In this document: positions 37,588 through 47,532 of the stretch, piece after piece
Layout: the number at the start of each line of letters is the position of its first letter
Position numbering within the stretch: the first letter of the stretch is position 1
NCBI GenBank assembly: GCA_031441465.1
Contig: JANOEP010000047.1
Location: 11,801 to 75,800 of the forward strand
Direction of reading: 5' to 3'
DNA from: a bacterium
Lineage (GTDB): Bacteria; Krumholzibacteriota; Krumholzibacteriia; LZORAL124-64-63
Length of the DNA: 64,000 nt
Translations under genes and position numbers: made by a program
The notes under the pieces: generated by a model
Told to the model about the DNA's origin: nothing
Databases searched by the model: none
Seen by the model: only the letters and a program-made list of their open reading frames with translations

Positions 37588-39417
37588 ATGGCCGCCGCCG
37601 ATCTGTCCGCCCGCCGCGAGCGTGCGGACATCCCCGAGGATCAGACCTGGGACCTGAGCCGGATCTACCCGGACTGGGAGGCCTGGGAGCGCGACTTCGC
37701 CGCCGTGTCGGCGGCCCTGGAGGGGATCGCCGCCTTGTCCGGCAGCCTCGAGCGATCCGGCGCCGACCTCCTGCGCGCCACCGAGAGCGTGCTCGAGATG
37801 CGCCACCGCCTGGAGCGGGTCCACGTCTACGCCCACCTGCGCAGCGACGAGGACGCGCGCATCGGCGCCCACACCGAGCGCAAGGGGCGGGCGGACACCC
37901 TCGGGGTGCGGTTCGCCGAGGCGGCGAGCTGGTACGATCCCGAACTCCTCGCCCTGGACGACGCGGTCCTGGCCGCCTTCCGTGCGGCCGAGCCTGGACT
38001 GGGCCTCTACGACCACCACTTCGCCGACCTGCGCCGTCGCCGGCCCCACACCCTGCCGCCGTCCGAGGAGGCGCTGCTGGCGGCGGCCGGCCAGATGTCG
38101 CGCGGCGCGTCGTCGATCTTCGGCGCCCTGGACAACGCGGATCTCGTCTTCCCGACGATCCGCGACGAGACGGGCTGCGAAGTGGCGCTGACCAAGGCCC
38201 GCTACCAGAAGTTCTCCCGCTCGCGGGATCGGCGCGTGCGCGAGGAGAATTTCCGCGCCTTCCTCGACACCTACGGGCGCCACCGCAACACGCTGGCGGC
38301 CACCCTGGACGCCAACGTCAAGAACCACGTGTTCTTCGCCCGCGCCCGCCGGCACACCGGCACGCTCGAGGCCGCCCTGCACCGCAACGCCGTGCCCGTG
38401 CCGGTTTACCACAACCTCGTGGCCGCGGTGCGCGCGCAACTGCCGCTCGTGCACCGTTACACGCGGCTCAAGCGGCGGGTGCTGGGGTTGGAAGAGCTGC
38501 GCGACCACGACCTGACGGCGCCCATGTTCCCCGACGGCGAACCGACCTACTCCTACGAGGAGTCCTGCGGGTTGCTGTGCGAGGCCCTGGTTCCCCTGGG
38601 CGACGCTTACCTGGAAGTCGTGCGCCGGGGTTTGGCCGACCGCTGGATCGACGTCCACGAAAACGCCGGCAAGCGCAGCGGGGCCTACTCCAGCGGCATC
38701 CACGGCACCGACCCCTACATCCTGCTGAACTGGAGCGGCCAGCTGCGCGACACCTTCACGCTGGCCCACGAGATGGGCCACTCCCTGCACAGCTGGATGG
38801 CCACGCACTCGCAACCCTATGTCTACAGCAATTATCCGATCTTCACCGCCGAGGTGGCCTCGACCTTCAACGAGCTGCTGCTGCAGCGGCGGCTGCTGGC
38901 CGCGACCACCGATCCGGCCCGCCGCCTGTCGCTGCTGGACAACCATCTCGACCAGATCCTGGGCACGGTCGTCCGCCAAACGATGTTTGCAGAATTCGAG
39001 CTGGCAGTGCACCGTATCGGCGAGCAGGACGGCACGTTGACGGCGGATCGCCTCGACGAATTGTACCTGGGCCTCCTGCGGGATTACTGGGGGCCGGATG
39101 TCGTGCTGGACGAGGCGCGCAGCGCCCGCACCTGGAGCCGCGTCCCGCACTTCTACTACAACTACTACGTCTACCAGTACGCGACGGCGTTCTCGGCCTC
39201 CACGGCCCTGGTCCGCCGGGTGCTGGGGGGCGGCGCATCGGAGCGTGAGGACTACCTCGGGTTCTTGAAGTCCGGCTGCAGCCGTCACCCCGTCGAAACG
39301 CTCCTGCGCACCGGCGTCGATGTGACGACGGATGAACCTGTGCGCGACGTGTTCCTGGTGTTCGGCGCTCTGATGGACGAGATGGAAGCCCTGCTGTCCG
39401 TGGAGGACCGTCGATGA
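37588..39417 (+). CDS. pepF: Oligoendopeptidase F (M3B)
   Basis: TWDLS.IY, GKRSGAYS, HEMGHSLH (HExxH), AEVASTFNE and HFYYNYYVYQYA motifs. Confidence 0.95.
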   Translation: MAAADLSARRERADIPEDQTWDLSRIYPDWEAWERDFAAVSAALEGIAALSGSLERSGADLLRATESVLEMRHRLERVHVYAHLRSDEDARIGAHTERKGRADTLGVRFAEAASWYDPELLALDDAVLAAFRAAEPGLGLYDHHFADLRRRRPHTLPPSEEALLAAAGQMSRGASSIFGALDNADLVFPTIRDETGCEVALTKARYQKFSRSRDRRVREENFRAFLDTYGRHRNTLAATLDANVKNHVFFARARRHTGTLEAALHRNAVPVPVYHNLVAAVRAQLPLVHRYTRLKRRVLGLEELRDHDLTAPMFPDGEPTYSYEESCGLLCEALVPLGDAYLEVVRRGLADRWIDVHENAGKRSGAYSSGIHGTDPYILLNWSGQLRDTFTLAHEMGHSLHSWMATHSQPYVYSNYPIFTAEVASTFNELLLQRRLLAATTDPARRLSLLDNHLDQILGTVVRQTMFAEFELAVHRIGEQDGTLTADRLDELYLGLLRDYWGPDVVLDEARSARTWSRVPHFYYNYYVYQYATAFSASTALVRRVLGGGASEREDYLGFLKSGCSRHPVETLLRTGVDVTTDEPVRDVFLVFGALMDEMEALLSVEDRR

Positions 39418-40094
39418 CCGTGAGATTCCCGCCGCACACCGCCCGGATGCTGGGCGCAGCCTGCCTCCTGCTGGCCTTGTCGGTGCTCGCCGGTTGCGGC
39501 GGCAAGGAAGACCGCCGGACGACCGGCGGCGACACGACGAGCGACGTGAACAAGACGAGCGGCGGGAGCAAGACGACCGCCGACACCGCGCGGGACGGCG
39601 ACGACAACAACCTGAAGTCCCTCGAGACCGCCTCCACGGCGGCGCATCCCGAAGGCGAATTCGTCGCGACCTGGCCGTCCGGCTGCGCCCGCATCCGGAC
39701 GCGGACCGTGCCCTCGTCGGCGGGCGACGGGCGCGATGCCGTCGTGCGGGCGGAATGCTACCGCGACGACGACGCCTCCCACGGCTGTTCGGTCAGCGTC
39801 TGGTTCGAACGGCCAGACGGCAGCCCCCTGTCGATCGAGGACGTCACGGCCGCGGTCGCGCGCGGCATCGGCGATCGCCGCCTTCAGATCGTGCGCCAGA
39901 CGCCCGTCCTGCGCGACGGCATGGAGGGCGTGCTCGCCCTCTGCCGCGAGGAAGGCGGGACCCGCTGCGCCTGGTACGAAGGCTACCTCCACCGCGGGCG
40001 GATGCTCGTGGTGACCGCCTGGAGCGAGGACGGCGCCCTGTTCGAGGATCCCGAGATCCGCGACTTCTTCCGCTCGGTCACGCTGACCTACTGA
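39414..40094 (+). CDS. Hypothetical lipoprotein
   Basis: Lipobox VLAG-C, low-complexity T/D/G linker, Cys-containing globular domain; start overlaps the pepF stop. Confidence 0.75.
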   Translation: MTVRFPPHTARMLGAACLLLALSVLAGCGGKEDRRTTGGDTTSDVNKTSGGSKTTADTARDGDDNNLKSLETASTAAHPEGEFVATWPSGCARIRTRTVPSSAGDGRDAVVRAECYRDDDASHGCSVSVWFERPDGSPLSIEDVTAAVARGIGDRRLQIVRQTPVLRDGMEGVLALCREEGGTRCAWYEGYLHRGRMLVVTAWSEDGALFEDPEIRDFFRSVTLTY

Positions 40095-40113
40095 CCCGAT
40101 CCGCCCGCAGAGG

Positions 40114-40165
40114 TTGACACCGCCGCTCCTGACGTTACTTTGGTAAAGACAAACATTTCTTGTTT
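40114..40165 (+). promoter_or_regulatory. Promoter of the DtxR/MntR gene with possible autoregulatory operator
   Basis: TTGACA (40114-40119), 16 nt spacer, TACTTT, followed by AT-rich TTTGGTAAAGACAAA imperfect dyad. Confidence 0.5.
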
Positions 40166-40185
40166 TTATCCGAGAGGGGCGGGCC

Positions 40186-40692
40186 ATGGCCGAGCAGCAG
40201 CTCAGCGCCAGCCAGGAAGATTACCTGGAGGCGATCTCGCACGTCATCGACGAGAAGCGAGTCGCGCGCTCGAAGGACCTCGTGCAGAGGCTCGGCGTCA
40301 ACAGCTCGTCCGTGACGCAGGCCCTGCGCATCCTGTCCCAGAAGGATCTCATCCATTACGAACCCTACGGTGTCGTGACGCTGACGACGGCCGGCGAAAT
40401 CCTGGCCCGTGACGTGATCCGCCGCCACCGGGCGCTCAACGAGTTCTTCGTGCGCATCCTGGGCGTCGACGGCGCGACGGCCGAAGACGCCGCCTGCAAG
40501 ATGGAGCACGCCATGCCCCGGGTCATCGTCGAGCGGCTCGTCCAGTTCATCGACTACACCGAACGCTGCCCGCGCGGCAGCGCCGAGTGGGTGGAGGGGT
40601 TCGGCTACTTCTGCCGCGCGAAGTCGGAACTCGACCCCCACTGCCAGGCCTGCGAGCTGATCTCTCCCCCGCAGGGTTCCCGCGAGGTCTGA
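40186..40692 (+). CDS. DtxR/MntR family metal-dependent transcriptional regulator
   Basis: SQEDYLEAI, SSVT.AL, Y..V.LT..G, RRH..L..FF and ACKMEH motifs. Confidence 0.92.
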   Translation: MAEQQLSASQEDYLEAISHVIDEKRVARSKDLVQRLGVNSSSVTQALRILSQKDLIHYEPYGVVTLTTAGEILARDVIRRHRALNEFFVRILGVDGATAEDAACKMEHAMPRVIVERLVQFIDYTERCPRGSAEWVEGFGYFCRAKSELDPHCQACELISPPQGSREV

Positions 40693-40885
40693 CGCGGCGC
40701 GCCCGGACGTGCTATGCTCCGCGCTCCCGATCGCCCCCCCGCGCCCGCGGGCGGCCGCCTCCGCCCGACGGACGACATCGGCACCCTTGGGACAGATCGC
40801 CCGGAATTGCCCCGGCCGCCCGGCTCGGGTATCATGACGGAGGTCCGTCCGCCCGCTCCCGGGCGGTCGTCCCGAAGGAGGCGTC

Positions 40886-41476
40886 GTGACGGCGACAGTC
40901 AACGGCGGTCAGGACGAGAGCGTTCCGCAACTGCTCCGGCGCCCGGCGCGGGTGATCGTCACACCGCTCCCCGGCACCCATCGCCACCCGTTGGGCAAGC
41001 GGGATGTCCAGCGCGTGCTCGCCGTGCTGCCGGAGGAATCCGTCGCGGGGCTGCGCTCGATCAGCATGCTGGACGCGCTGAGCGACGAACGGGACCGGCT
41101 CGTCCTGGGATCGTACCGCCGCCCCGGGTTCGTGCGGTTGCATGCGGTGCCCGTAGGACCCTGGCGCGTGCCCGCCCTCGACGCCGCCGAAGCTGCGGAA
41201 CTGCGCCGCTTCGGCGCCCAGGTCGTGAGCCGCGGCGCCGGCGATCTCGTCACCTGGACGCCCGCGGCCCTGCGGTTGTTCACGGTCGTGAGCGTCCTGC
41301 TGCCCGGAGTGGCCAGGCACCATCGAGAACGCCTCGGGCACGGCGAACCCGGCGCCGTGGTCCGCAAGCTCGGCGATGCTTCGCCTTGGATCGTCTCGGA
41401 TCTGGCGCTGGGCCAGTGGTCCGTGTTCCTCGGCGATGGATCCGCCGGACGCGCGTCGATGCGGGCGGAATCCTGA
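40886..41476 (+). CDS. Hypothetical protein, possibly degenerate zincin-like
   Basis: AGGAGG RBS and GTG start; coding-like codon use; WT..ALR.F...VLLPGVARHH segment. Confidence 0.6.
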   Translation: MTATVNGGQDESVPQLLRRPARVIVTPLPGTHRHPLGKRDVQRVLAVLPEESVAGLRSISMLDALSDERDRLVLGSYRRPGFVRLHAVPVGPWRVPALDAAEAAELRRFGAQVVSRGAGDLVTWTPAALRLFTVVSVLLPGVARHHRERLGHGEPGAVVRKLGDASPWIVSDLALGQWSVFLGDGSAGRASMRAES

Positions 41477-41594
41477 CAACGCACCTTCAGTCGATGCCCC
41501 GGACGCGCGTCTCCGTGAACGGTGTTGTGGCCAGTCCCTGGAATATGCTAGTTTCGCGGTAGGTTTCGAAATCACCAGTCGTAGGAGGACGACG

Positions 41595-42587
41595 ATGAAA
41601 GCATGTTTGAAATACGGTCCGGTCTGGACTCTGCTGGCCGGGCTGCTGGTCATGGGCCTGGGCGCCGTTCCCGCACTGGCGCAGGATGACGGGGGCGATC
41701 TCGAAGGACTGCTCGAAGACGTGGGCGCGCAGTACGCCCGCGGCTACCTGGCGCCCCTGGTCACCGGGATGGGCGCCAACCAGAACAGCGCCTTGTTCCA
41801 CACCGCGGCGATCCCCGGCACGCGGCTCACGATCTCGTTCGGCCTCAAGGCCATGGGTACCAAGCTCGACGAGGAAGCCAAGACCTTCCAGACGGCCGAG
41901 CGCGTGACCCTGGACGAGCGCTACGGCATCGATCCGCTCGACCCCCGCTACGGCGAGGAGGGCACGCTGGTCATGAGCGGCCCGTCGGTCTTCGGCAGCG
42001 AAGATGACACCGGCACCATCACGGCCTACTACGCCGGCCTGCCCGTCTACACGGCGGTCGGCATCGAGAGCCTGGTCGACCTGGACTACGTGCCCCTGGT
42101 CATGCCGCAGGCCTCGGTCGGCGGCATCATGGGCCTGCAGGCGACGGTGCGCTGGCTGCCCGACATCGACGCCGGCGACATCGGCAAGATCAAGCTGTGG
42201 GGCATCGGCCTGTCGGCCAGCGCGAACTACTGGCTGCCGATGCTGCCGGTGGACGTCTCGGCCGGTTTCTTCAAGCAGAGCCTGGACGTGGGTGAGTACG
42301 TCGCGACCGAGGCCCAGAGCATGTACCTCGCCGCCAGCCGGAGCTTCGCCCTGGCCACGGTCTACGGCGCCTATTCGAAGGAAGAGTCGTCGATGGACGT
42401 CGCGTACACCTACACCTACGACGACAACGGCACGCCCGTCGAGGAAGAGGTCAACTTCTCCATGGACGGCATCCAGGACAGCCGCTTCACCGTCGGCGCC
42501 ACGCTGAACCTCGGTCTGAAGCTGAACGCCGAGGCCGGCTTCGGCGATGTCACGACGTACAGCGCCGGGCTCATCCTGGGCTTCTGA
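41595..42587 (+). CDS. Outer-membrane beta-barrel protein (DUF6588-like)
   Basis: AGGAGG RBS, signal peptide, Y..GYLAP, P.V.PQ.SVG and GKIKLWGIG segments, C-terminal YSAGLILGF BAM signal. Confidence 0.75.
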   Translation: MKACLKYGPVWTLLAGLLVMGLGAVPALAQDDGGDLEGLLEDVGAQYARGYLAPLVTGMGANQNSALFHTAAIPGTRLTISFGLKAMGTKLDEEAKTFQTAERVTLDERYGIDPLDPRYGEEGTLVMSGPSVFGSEDDTGTITAYYAGLPVYTAVGIESLVDLDYVPLVMPQASVGGIMGLQATVRWLPDIDAGDIGKIKLWGIGLSASANYWLPMLPVDVSAGFFKQSLDVGEYVATEAQSMYLAASRSFALATVYGAYSKEESSMDVAYTYTYDDNGTPVEEEVNFSMDGIQDSRFTVGATLNLGLKLNAEAGFGDVTTYSAGLILGF

Positions 42588-42627
42588 CCCGGGATTCTGG
42601 CTCCCGGCGCCTCGCGCGGGGAAACGT

Positions 42628-42663
42628 AAAAAGAGGCGGGACCCCGCGAGGTCCCGCCTCTTT
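42628..42663. terminator. Bidirectional intrinsic terminator
   Basis: AAAAAGAGGCGGGACC-CCGCGA-GGTCCCGCCTCTTT between convergent genes. Confidence 0.85.
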
Positions 42664-42688
42664 CCATTCGTGGCCGCAGCGGCGACGA

Positions 42689-43306
42689 TCAGTCGAGGGG
42701 GGTGATGTCCCCGTCCTCAAGGTCCACGCTCCAGACCGACGTGCCGACGGTGACGGTGGCCGTGTGGTTGCTGGCGAACGCGACGGTGGCCGTGAAGCCG
42801 CCCGTCGTGACGATCAGCTGACCGCCGACCGGGTAGTTGTCGGCCGCGACTTCGATGTCGTCGACGTCGAAGACGACGGTCAGCGCGCCCGCGATCAGCG
42901 AGCCGGCGCCGTTGGCCAGCCGGGGATCCCCGGCCGCGGTGACGTCGAACAGCAGCGTCGCCGGCAGGATGCCGTTGGCGCCGGGGCCGTCGAAGTCGAT
43001 GGTGAGGCGGTGGTCGACGTCGGTGTAGACGTGGTCGGGATCGCTGTCGCGCCAGTAGGAGCCGGTGATGTAGCTGCTGCCGCTCACGATCTCGATCTCC
43101 GGCGAGGCCTTGGCGGTCGCCAGGTCGTCCAGCACCTCGACCATGCCGATGGTGATGAAGGCGCTCTGGGTCGCGGCGTCCTCCGCGGTGAGGATCGGCT
43201 GCTCGTTCGGCGTGACCGGGTCGTCGCCGCAACCGGCGGCGACCAGCAGCGCCAGCGCTGCCGGCGCGAGCCAGAACAGACGTCCGTCCATCTTGAATCT
43301 CTTCAT
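42689..43306 (-). CDS. Hypothetical beta-rich lipoprotein
   Basis: GGAGGG RBS, lipobox VAAG-C-GDD, acidic beta-strand-rich body. Confidence 0.8.
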   Translation of the reverse strand: MKRFKMDGRLFWLAPAALALLVAAGCGDDPVTPNEQPILTAEDAATQSAFITIGMVEVLDDLATAKASPEIEIVSGSSYITGSYWRDSDPDHVYTDVDHRLTIDFDGPGANGILPATLLFDVTAAGDPRLANGAGSLIAGALTVVFDVDDIEVAADNYPVGGQLIVTTGGFTATVAFASNHTATVTVGTSVWSVDLEDGDITPLD

Positions 43307-43436
43307 GGGGTGGTCCCTCCTTCGATTCCAGGTACGATTTCGGCATCCAGGCAAACGCAGGAGCCCGTGGTTCGGCGCGGATCCTACAGCGAGAGTAGCA
43401 CGGGAGCGCACTTCTTGCCAATCCCCAGGATGCGGT

Positions 43437-45176
43437 TCAGGGCAGGGTGAACTCCACGGCCCGGGACCCGCACTTTGCCCCGGCATAGGTGATCCGGGCC
43501 TTGCCGTCTCCCGAGACGATCCATTGAACTTCCCTGGTCGAAAAGCCGTCGACCCAGGTCGGGACGCGCGCCGGGTGGTGCCGCGCGGGTTCGACCGTCC
43601 CGAAGTCGCGGTCCAGCAGCACGCCGCCGCCGTGCACCTCGAGGCCGGCGCCCTCGATGGTGAACGTGTCCAGTGGCAGGATGGACCTGTCGCGGGCGCG
43701 CTCGGAGAGGGTCGGCAGGGCGCCGGCGTTGGCGGCGCGGGCGCGGACGCGCACGAGGCCGCCGCCGAGGTCCTTCGTCTCGGTGATATCGAGGCTCAGC
43801 TGCGGCGCCTGCGTCGCGGTCCAGATCACGTACATGGCGTTGCGGTGGAGCGTCTGGGGCAGCAGGAATTCGGGCGGCAGCCGCGTGGTGAACGCGCGCC
43901 AGCCTCCGATCTCGATGTCGCCGTACGTCGGGTGGCGGAAGGGCTTCCAGTCCGAGAACATTTCTCCGGCCATCAGCGCGTCGTTGAACTTCTGGCGCTC
44001 GACGAGGGTGGGGTGGCGGCTCCACAGTTCGCCGTCCTCGCCGTTCGGTTCGTCCCCGTGGCCCCGGTAGGCCGTGTCCGACCCCATCGAAAGTTCGGTC
44101 ACGAACGCGTAGACGCCCAGGCACTGGTACATCCATTCGTCGAAGTCGCCGTGCGTGGTGTAGAGGTCCACGCTCGAGACGAGGTAGCGGTAGCCCGGCA
44201 CGATGCGCTCGCCCTCCTCGCCCAGGAAGTCGAAGACCTTGAGGTCGCCCGGCGGCACCGCCGGGGAGAGGGCCGAGCCGGGCCCGCGCAGGAACATCCC
44301 GCCGTAGTTGTGGAAGTTGAAGCCGAAGCAGACGTTGGGGTGCGACCACAGGAAATCCGCCACCGCGCGCGAACCGCGGGCGCTGAACGGGTAGTCGCCC
44401 GAACCCTCCTGGACGTAGCCGGGTTGCCACTGGAAGCCCCAGTTGCGGTTGAGGTCGAGGTAGCCCGGCGTGTCCTCGTTCACGCGGCCGTCGCCGTCGT
44501 TGTCCAGGCCCTCGCGCCCGAGCAGGCGCCACTCGGCCTGCTCGCCGGGCTCGATCTTCACCGTCACGCGCGGGTCCTCGGGGTCGGTCTTGTGGGTGCC
44601 GAACGGGTCGCGCACGCGCATCTGCAGGATGCGGCCGTCGCCGTCGAGGTCGTCGTAGTCGTCCTCGTCGAGCAGGCCGTCGCGGTCGTCGTCGTGAGGG
44701 ACGCGGGCCGAGCGCCCGAGGTCGAAGCCGCCCGGGTCCGTGAAGAAGCGGGCGCGGCTGTCGACGTTGACCATCGGCACGATGTAGAAGGCGCGCGTGT
44801 CGACCAGTTCGGTGATGCGCTCCCACTTCCCGTACTTGTCCAGCAGCTGCCAGGCGAGGTAGAGGCACACCTCGGTGGCCTGGATCTCGTTGCCGTGGAT
44901 GGCGCCGTCGGCGTAGACGCCGGGCTTCTGCGTGTCGGCGCCGGTCCGCCGGTTGGCGATCGTCAGGCACCAGATGTCGCGTCCCTCCTCGCTCTTGCCC
45001 AGCGACGTGAGCTGCGTCAATTCCGGGTGCGACGCGTGCATCGCCTCGAGCACGGCCACGACCTCGTCGTGGTTGTAGTAGCGGTCCCAGACCATGTTCC
45101 CGAGATCGACCTCGAAGGCCGCCCCGGGCGCGGCGGCCAACAGCGAGAGCAGGCAGACGCAGAGCGCTCGTTTCAT
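43437..45176 (-). CDS. M14 family zinc carboxypeptidase, secreted
   Basis: Signal peptide; LGKS.EGRDI, HGNE (Zn), DLNRNW, FHNYGG (Zn His) and VTEL (catalytic Glu); DxDxDG Ca-loop inserts. Confidence 0.9.
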   Translation of the reverse strand: MKRALCVCLLSLLAAAPGAAFEVDLGNMVWDRYYNHDEVVAVLEAMHASHPELTQLTSLGKSEEGRDIWCLTIANRRTGADTQKPGVYADGAIHGNEIQATEVCLYLAWQLLDKYGKWERITELVDTRAFYIVPMVNVDSRARFFTDPGGFDLGRSARVPHDDDRDGLLDEDDYDDLDGDGRILQMRVRDPFGTHKTDPEDPRVTVKIEPGEQAEWRLLGREGLDNDGDGRVNEDTPGYLDLNRNWGFQWQPGYVQEGSGDYPFSARGSRAVADFLWSHPNVCFGFNFHNYGGMFLRGPGSALSPAVPPGDLKVFDFLGEEGERIVPGYRYLVSSVDLYTTHGDFDEWMYQCLGVYAFVTELSMGSDTAYRGHGDEPNGEDGELWSRHPTLVERQKFNDALMAGEMFSDWKPFRHPTYGDIEIGGWRAFTTRLPPEFLLPQTLHRNAMYVIWTATQAPQLSLDITETKDLGGGLVRVRARAANAGALPTLSERARDRSILPLDTFTIEGAGLEVHGGGVLLDRDFGTVEPARHHPARVPTWVDGFSTREVQWIVSGDGKARITYAGAKCGSRAVEFTLP

Positions 45177-47026
45177 CGGCGACCCCCTGGGACGGGCTGC
45201 AGGGTCGCGGACGCGGCGCCGAAGCCGGGCGCGGCCGCCCGCACGACGAGCGTGCGCCCGCGCGGCGCGCGCACCAGCCAGCGCACGGGAGCGGATCCCA
45301 TCGCGGGCACCTGGGCCGCGACCTGCCGGGCGAGCCCTTCGAGCAACTCGGCCCCCTCCAGCGTCACGACCACCGGTTCGGGCCGTCGCGTGCGCCGCCC
45401 CTGCGCCGTGGGGTACGGCAACGGGCCGTCGTTGTGGACGCGCGCGGTCACTTCCCAGACCTCGCCGCCGCGACTCTCGGCCTCGATCGTCACGGAGGCG
45501 AGCCGCGGCAGCCAACCTGCCAGATCCATCACCAAGGGGATCTGGCGGCTCAACAAGGAGTCGGTCATTGCTGCCGGGGGCGCCCGCATCGCTCCGGGCG
45601 CCGGTCCGCCCACCAGGGCCCGGCGGTTCCCGGGCAGGGTCGTCTCCTGCCAGGGGCGCCAGGCCCGCGACGCGGGGTGCGAGGCGGCGAACAGGGACAG
45701 GGCTTCGAGCGCGGGATCGAGCCGCAGACCGGCGGCAGCCGCGGAATCGGCCTTGGCCGCGATCACCCCGCCCGCGGCGGCGGCCAGGGCCGAATCCGGC
45801 GGCGTGGGGAGCGGCAGGGGAGGCGTCCAGAAATCCAGGGCAAAGGCCGGCACGCCGAACTGGTAGTAGGCCCATTCCTCCACCGCGCCGGGGCCGGACG
45901 GGGGCGGCGCGACGCGTGACGCTCCCAGGCCCGCCGTCGTCAGACCGCGGATGTACGCGGTGGACGCGGCTCGCCACCAGGGGAGATCCCGGGTATCGGG
46001 CGCGCCGGCCGGACCGAGGTCCAGCATGCCCAGCACGTCGTCGGTGTCGAGCTGCGGCTGGTGCAGCCCCTCGCGCAGCAGGGAGACCAGTTCCGCGACG
46101 GTGAACTGGGCGAGCGGGTCGAGTCCCGTTTCCCGCGCGAGTCCCCGCGGCAGGGAGTGCTTGCGCAGCAGGGGATCGGGAGTGTCCGCGGCCACGGGGA
46201 CCTGCAGCAGCGTGTTGGCCTCGCCCAGCACCAGCACCATCGCGATCTCCGGATGGGCGAAGGCGAAGGCCAGCAGGGCGCGCGACTCCGGGCAACTCGC
46301 GGCCCAGGGGCCGTGGGCCGGCTGCCAGTGTGTGAAGCCGTGCGGGAAGTTGCGGCCGGGGATCACGCCGCCGGGCGGGTCCTCGTTCCAGGCCAGGTCC
46401 CCGTCGTCGTCACGGCCCTCGTCGAGCCAGCGGTAGAGTCCGCGTTCCCCGCGCGCGGCGTCGGCCCGGCGCGGGACGCCCGTCGGCCCCTCGCCCGGCA
46501 ACCATTCGCCTTCGGGGTCGGCCAGCAGCATCGAGGTGATGGCGCCGTCGCCGTCCAGATCGTCGGGGCCGTCCTCGTCCACGGCGCCGTCGGCGTCGTC
46601 GTCCACCGCCGTCCCGTTGCGGCCGTCGCCGGTGGCCGGCTCCCCCCGCAAGCGGGCGGCGCCGTCGGGATCCAACTGGGGCACGACGATCCAGGTCACG
46701 GTAGCGGCGCGACCGGTCGGGTCACCCGCGAGCAGGCGCGCGGCCAGCGCCAGCGCGGCCTCGGTCGCCAGGGGCGTCGTGCCGAGGGGGTCGGCCACCA
46801 CCAGCACGGCCGACGGAGTGTCGACGCCGGGGTCCACCGATGGCGGGATCGTCAACATCGGGACAGGCCGGCCGCCGGGGGTTGTCGTCAGGGTCGTGAC
46901 GGTGCCCCGGCGGTACTGACGCGCGAGCCGGTCGAGTGACGATTCGAGGGAGTCGCCGGCTACCGGGCCGGCGACTGTGATCACCGAAGCGGCCAGGATC
47001 AAGACGGGCATCTTGTTACGCGACAT
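45173..47026 (-). CDS. M14 carboxypeptidase homolog lacking zinc ligands
   Basis: Colinear with the downstream paralog (DDDADG.VDEDGPDDLDGDG, EGRDDDGD, GRNFP, G..EEWAY..FGV), but HxxE and the third-ligand His are absent. Confidence 0.8.
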   Translation of the reverse strand: MSRNKMPVLILAASVITVAGPVAGDSLESSLDRLARQYRRGTVTTLTTTPGGRPVPMLTIPPSVDPGVDTPSAVLVVADPLGTTPLATEAALALAARLLAGDPTGRAATVTWIVVPQLDPDGAARLRGEPATGDGRNGTAVDDDADGAVDEDGPDDLDGDGAITSMLLADPEGEWLPGEGPTGVPRRADAARGERGLYRWLDEGRDDDGDLAWNEDPPGGVIPGRNFPHGFTHWQPAHGPWAASCPESRALLAFAFAHPEIAMVLVLGEANTLLQVPVAADTPDPLLRKHSLPRGLARETGLDPLAQFTVAELVSLLREGLHQPQLDTDDVLGMLDLGPAGAPDTRDLPWWRAASTAYIRGLTTAGLGASRVAPPPSGPGAVEEWAYYQFGVPAFALDFWTPPLPLPTPPDSALAAAAGGVIAAKADSAAAAGLRLDPALEALSLFAASHPASRAWRPWQETTLPGNRRALVGGPAPGAMRAPPAAMTDSLLSRQIPLVMDLAGWLPRLASVTIEAESRGGEVWEVTARVHNDGPLPYPTAQGRRTRRPEPVVVTLEGAELLEGLARQVAAQVPAMGSAPVRWLVRAPRGRTLVVRAAAPGFGAASATLQPVPGGRR

Positions 47027-47532
47027 CGGCGCCTCTCGAGCTGAGGGCGGGATCCCTAGGCTGACGCGGGCGAGTATAACGGAACCCGGCGGGCGGGGTC
47101 ATGGTGCGATTTCAGCCGATGATTTGCCCGCAGATACAATCAATACGGTACAACATCCGCAGTCCGAATCGTCCCGGGGGGGGGGCAGGTTGATCCTGTG
47201 CTGTTCCAGGTCTGACCATTCTCCATCACGATCGGACACCGCCTGAAGAAGATTGCGATCATCATGGTGGTCCTGCTGACCGCCGTCGGCGCCGCCGCCG
47301 GCGACATCCTCAGGTGGGCCGACACCGACAACATACATGACATAAATGACACAGTGTCACGACAAGATTGGCGCCCTGAAGTGGCCGGCTGCTGTGGCAC
47401 GCGCGGGAGAATCTTTTAAGTTTTTATATTGCAATATGTTACTGACGCGCCGATGTTTGCGGAGTTCGGATCCCCCATCTGGTCCCCGAGATGCTATGTC
47501 CCGGCCTGTACCATTCCGTCCGGGAGGATGCG

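Noticed and set aside
44480..46620. GTCGTC-rich repeats as a DNA repeat array
   Set aside because: They encode the DxDxDG Ca-binding loops of the M14 proteins.
47400..47532. CIRCE/HrcA operator upstream of clpB
   Set aside because: No TTAGCACTC-N9-GAGTGCTAA; only an AT-rich IHF-like stretch.
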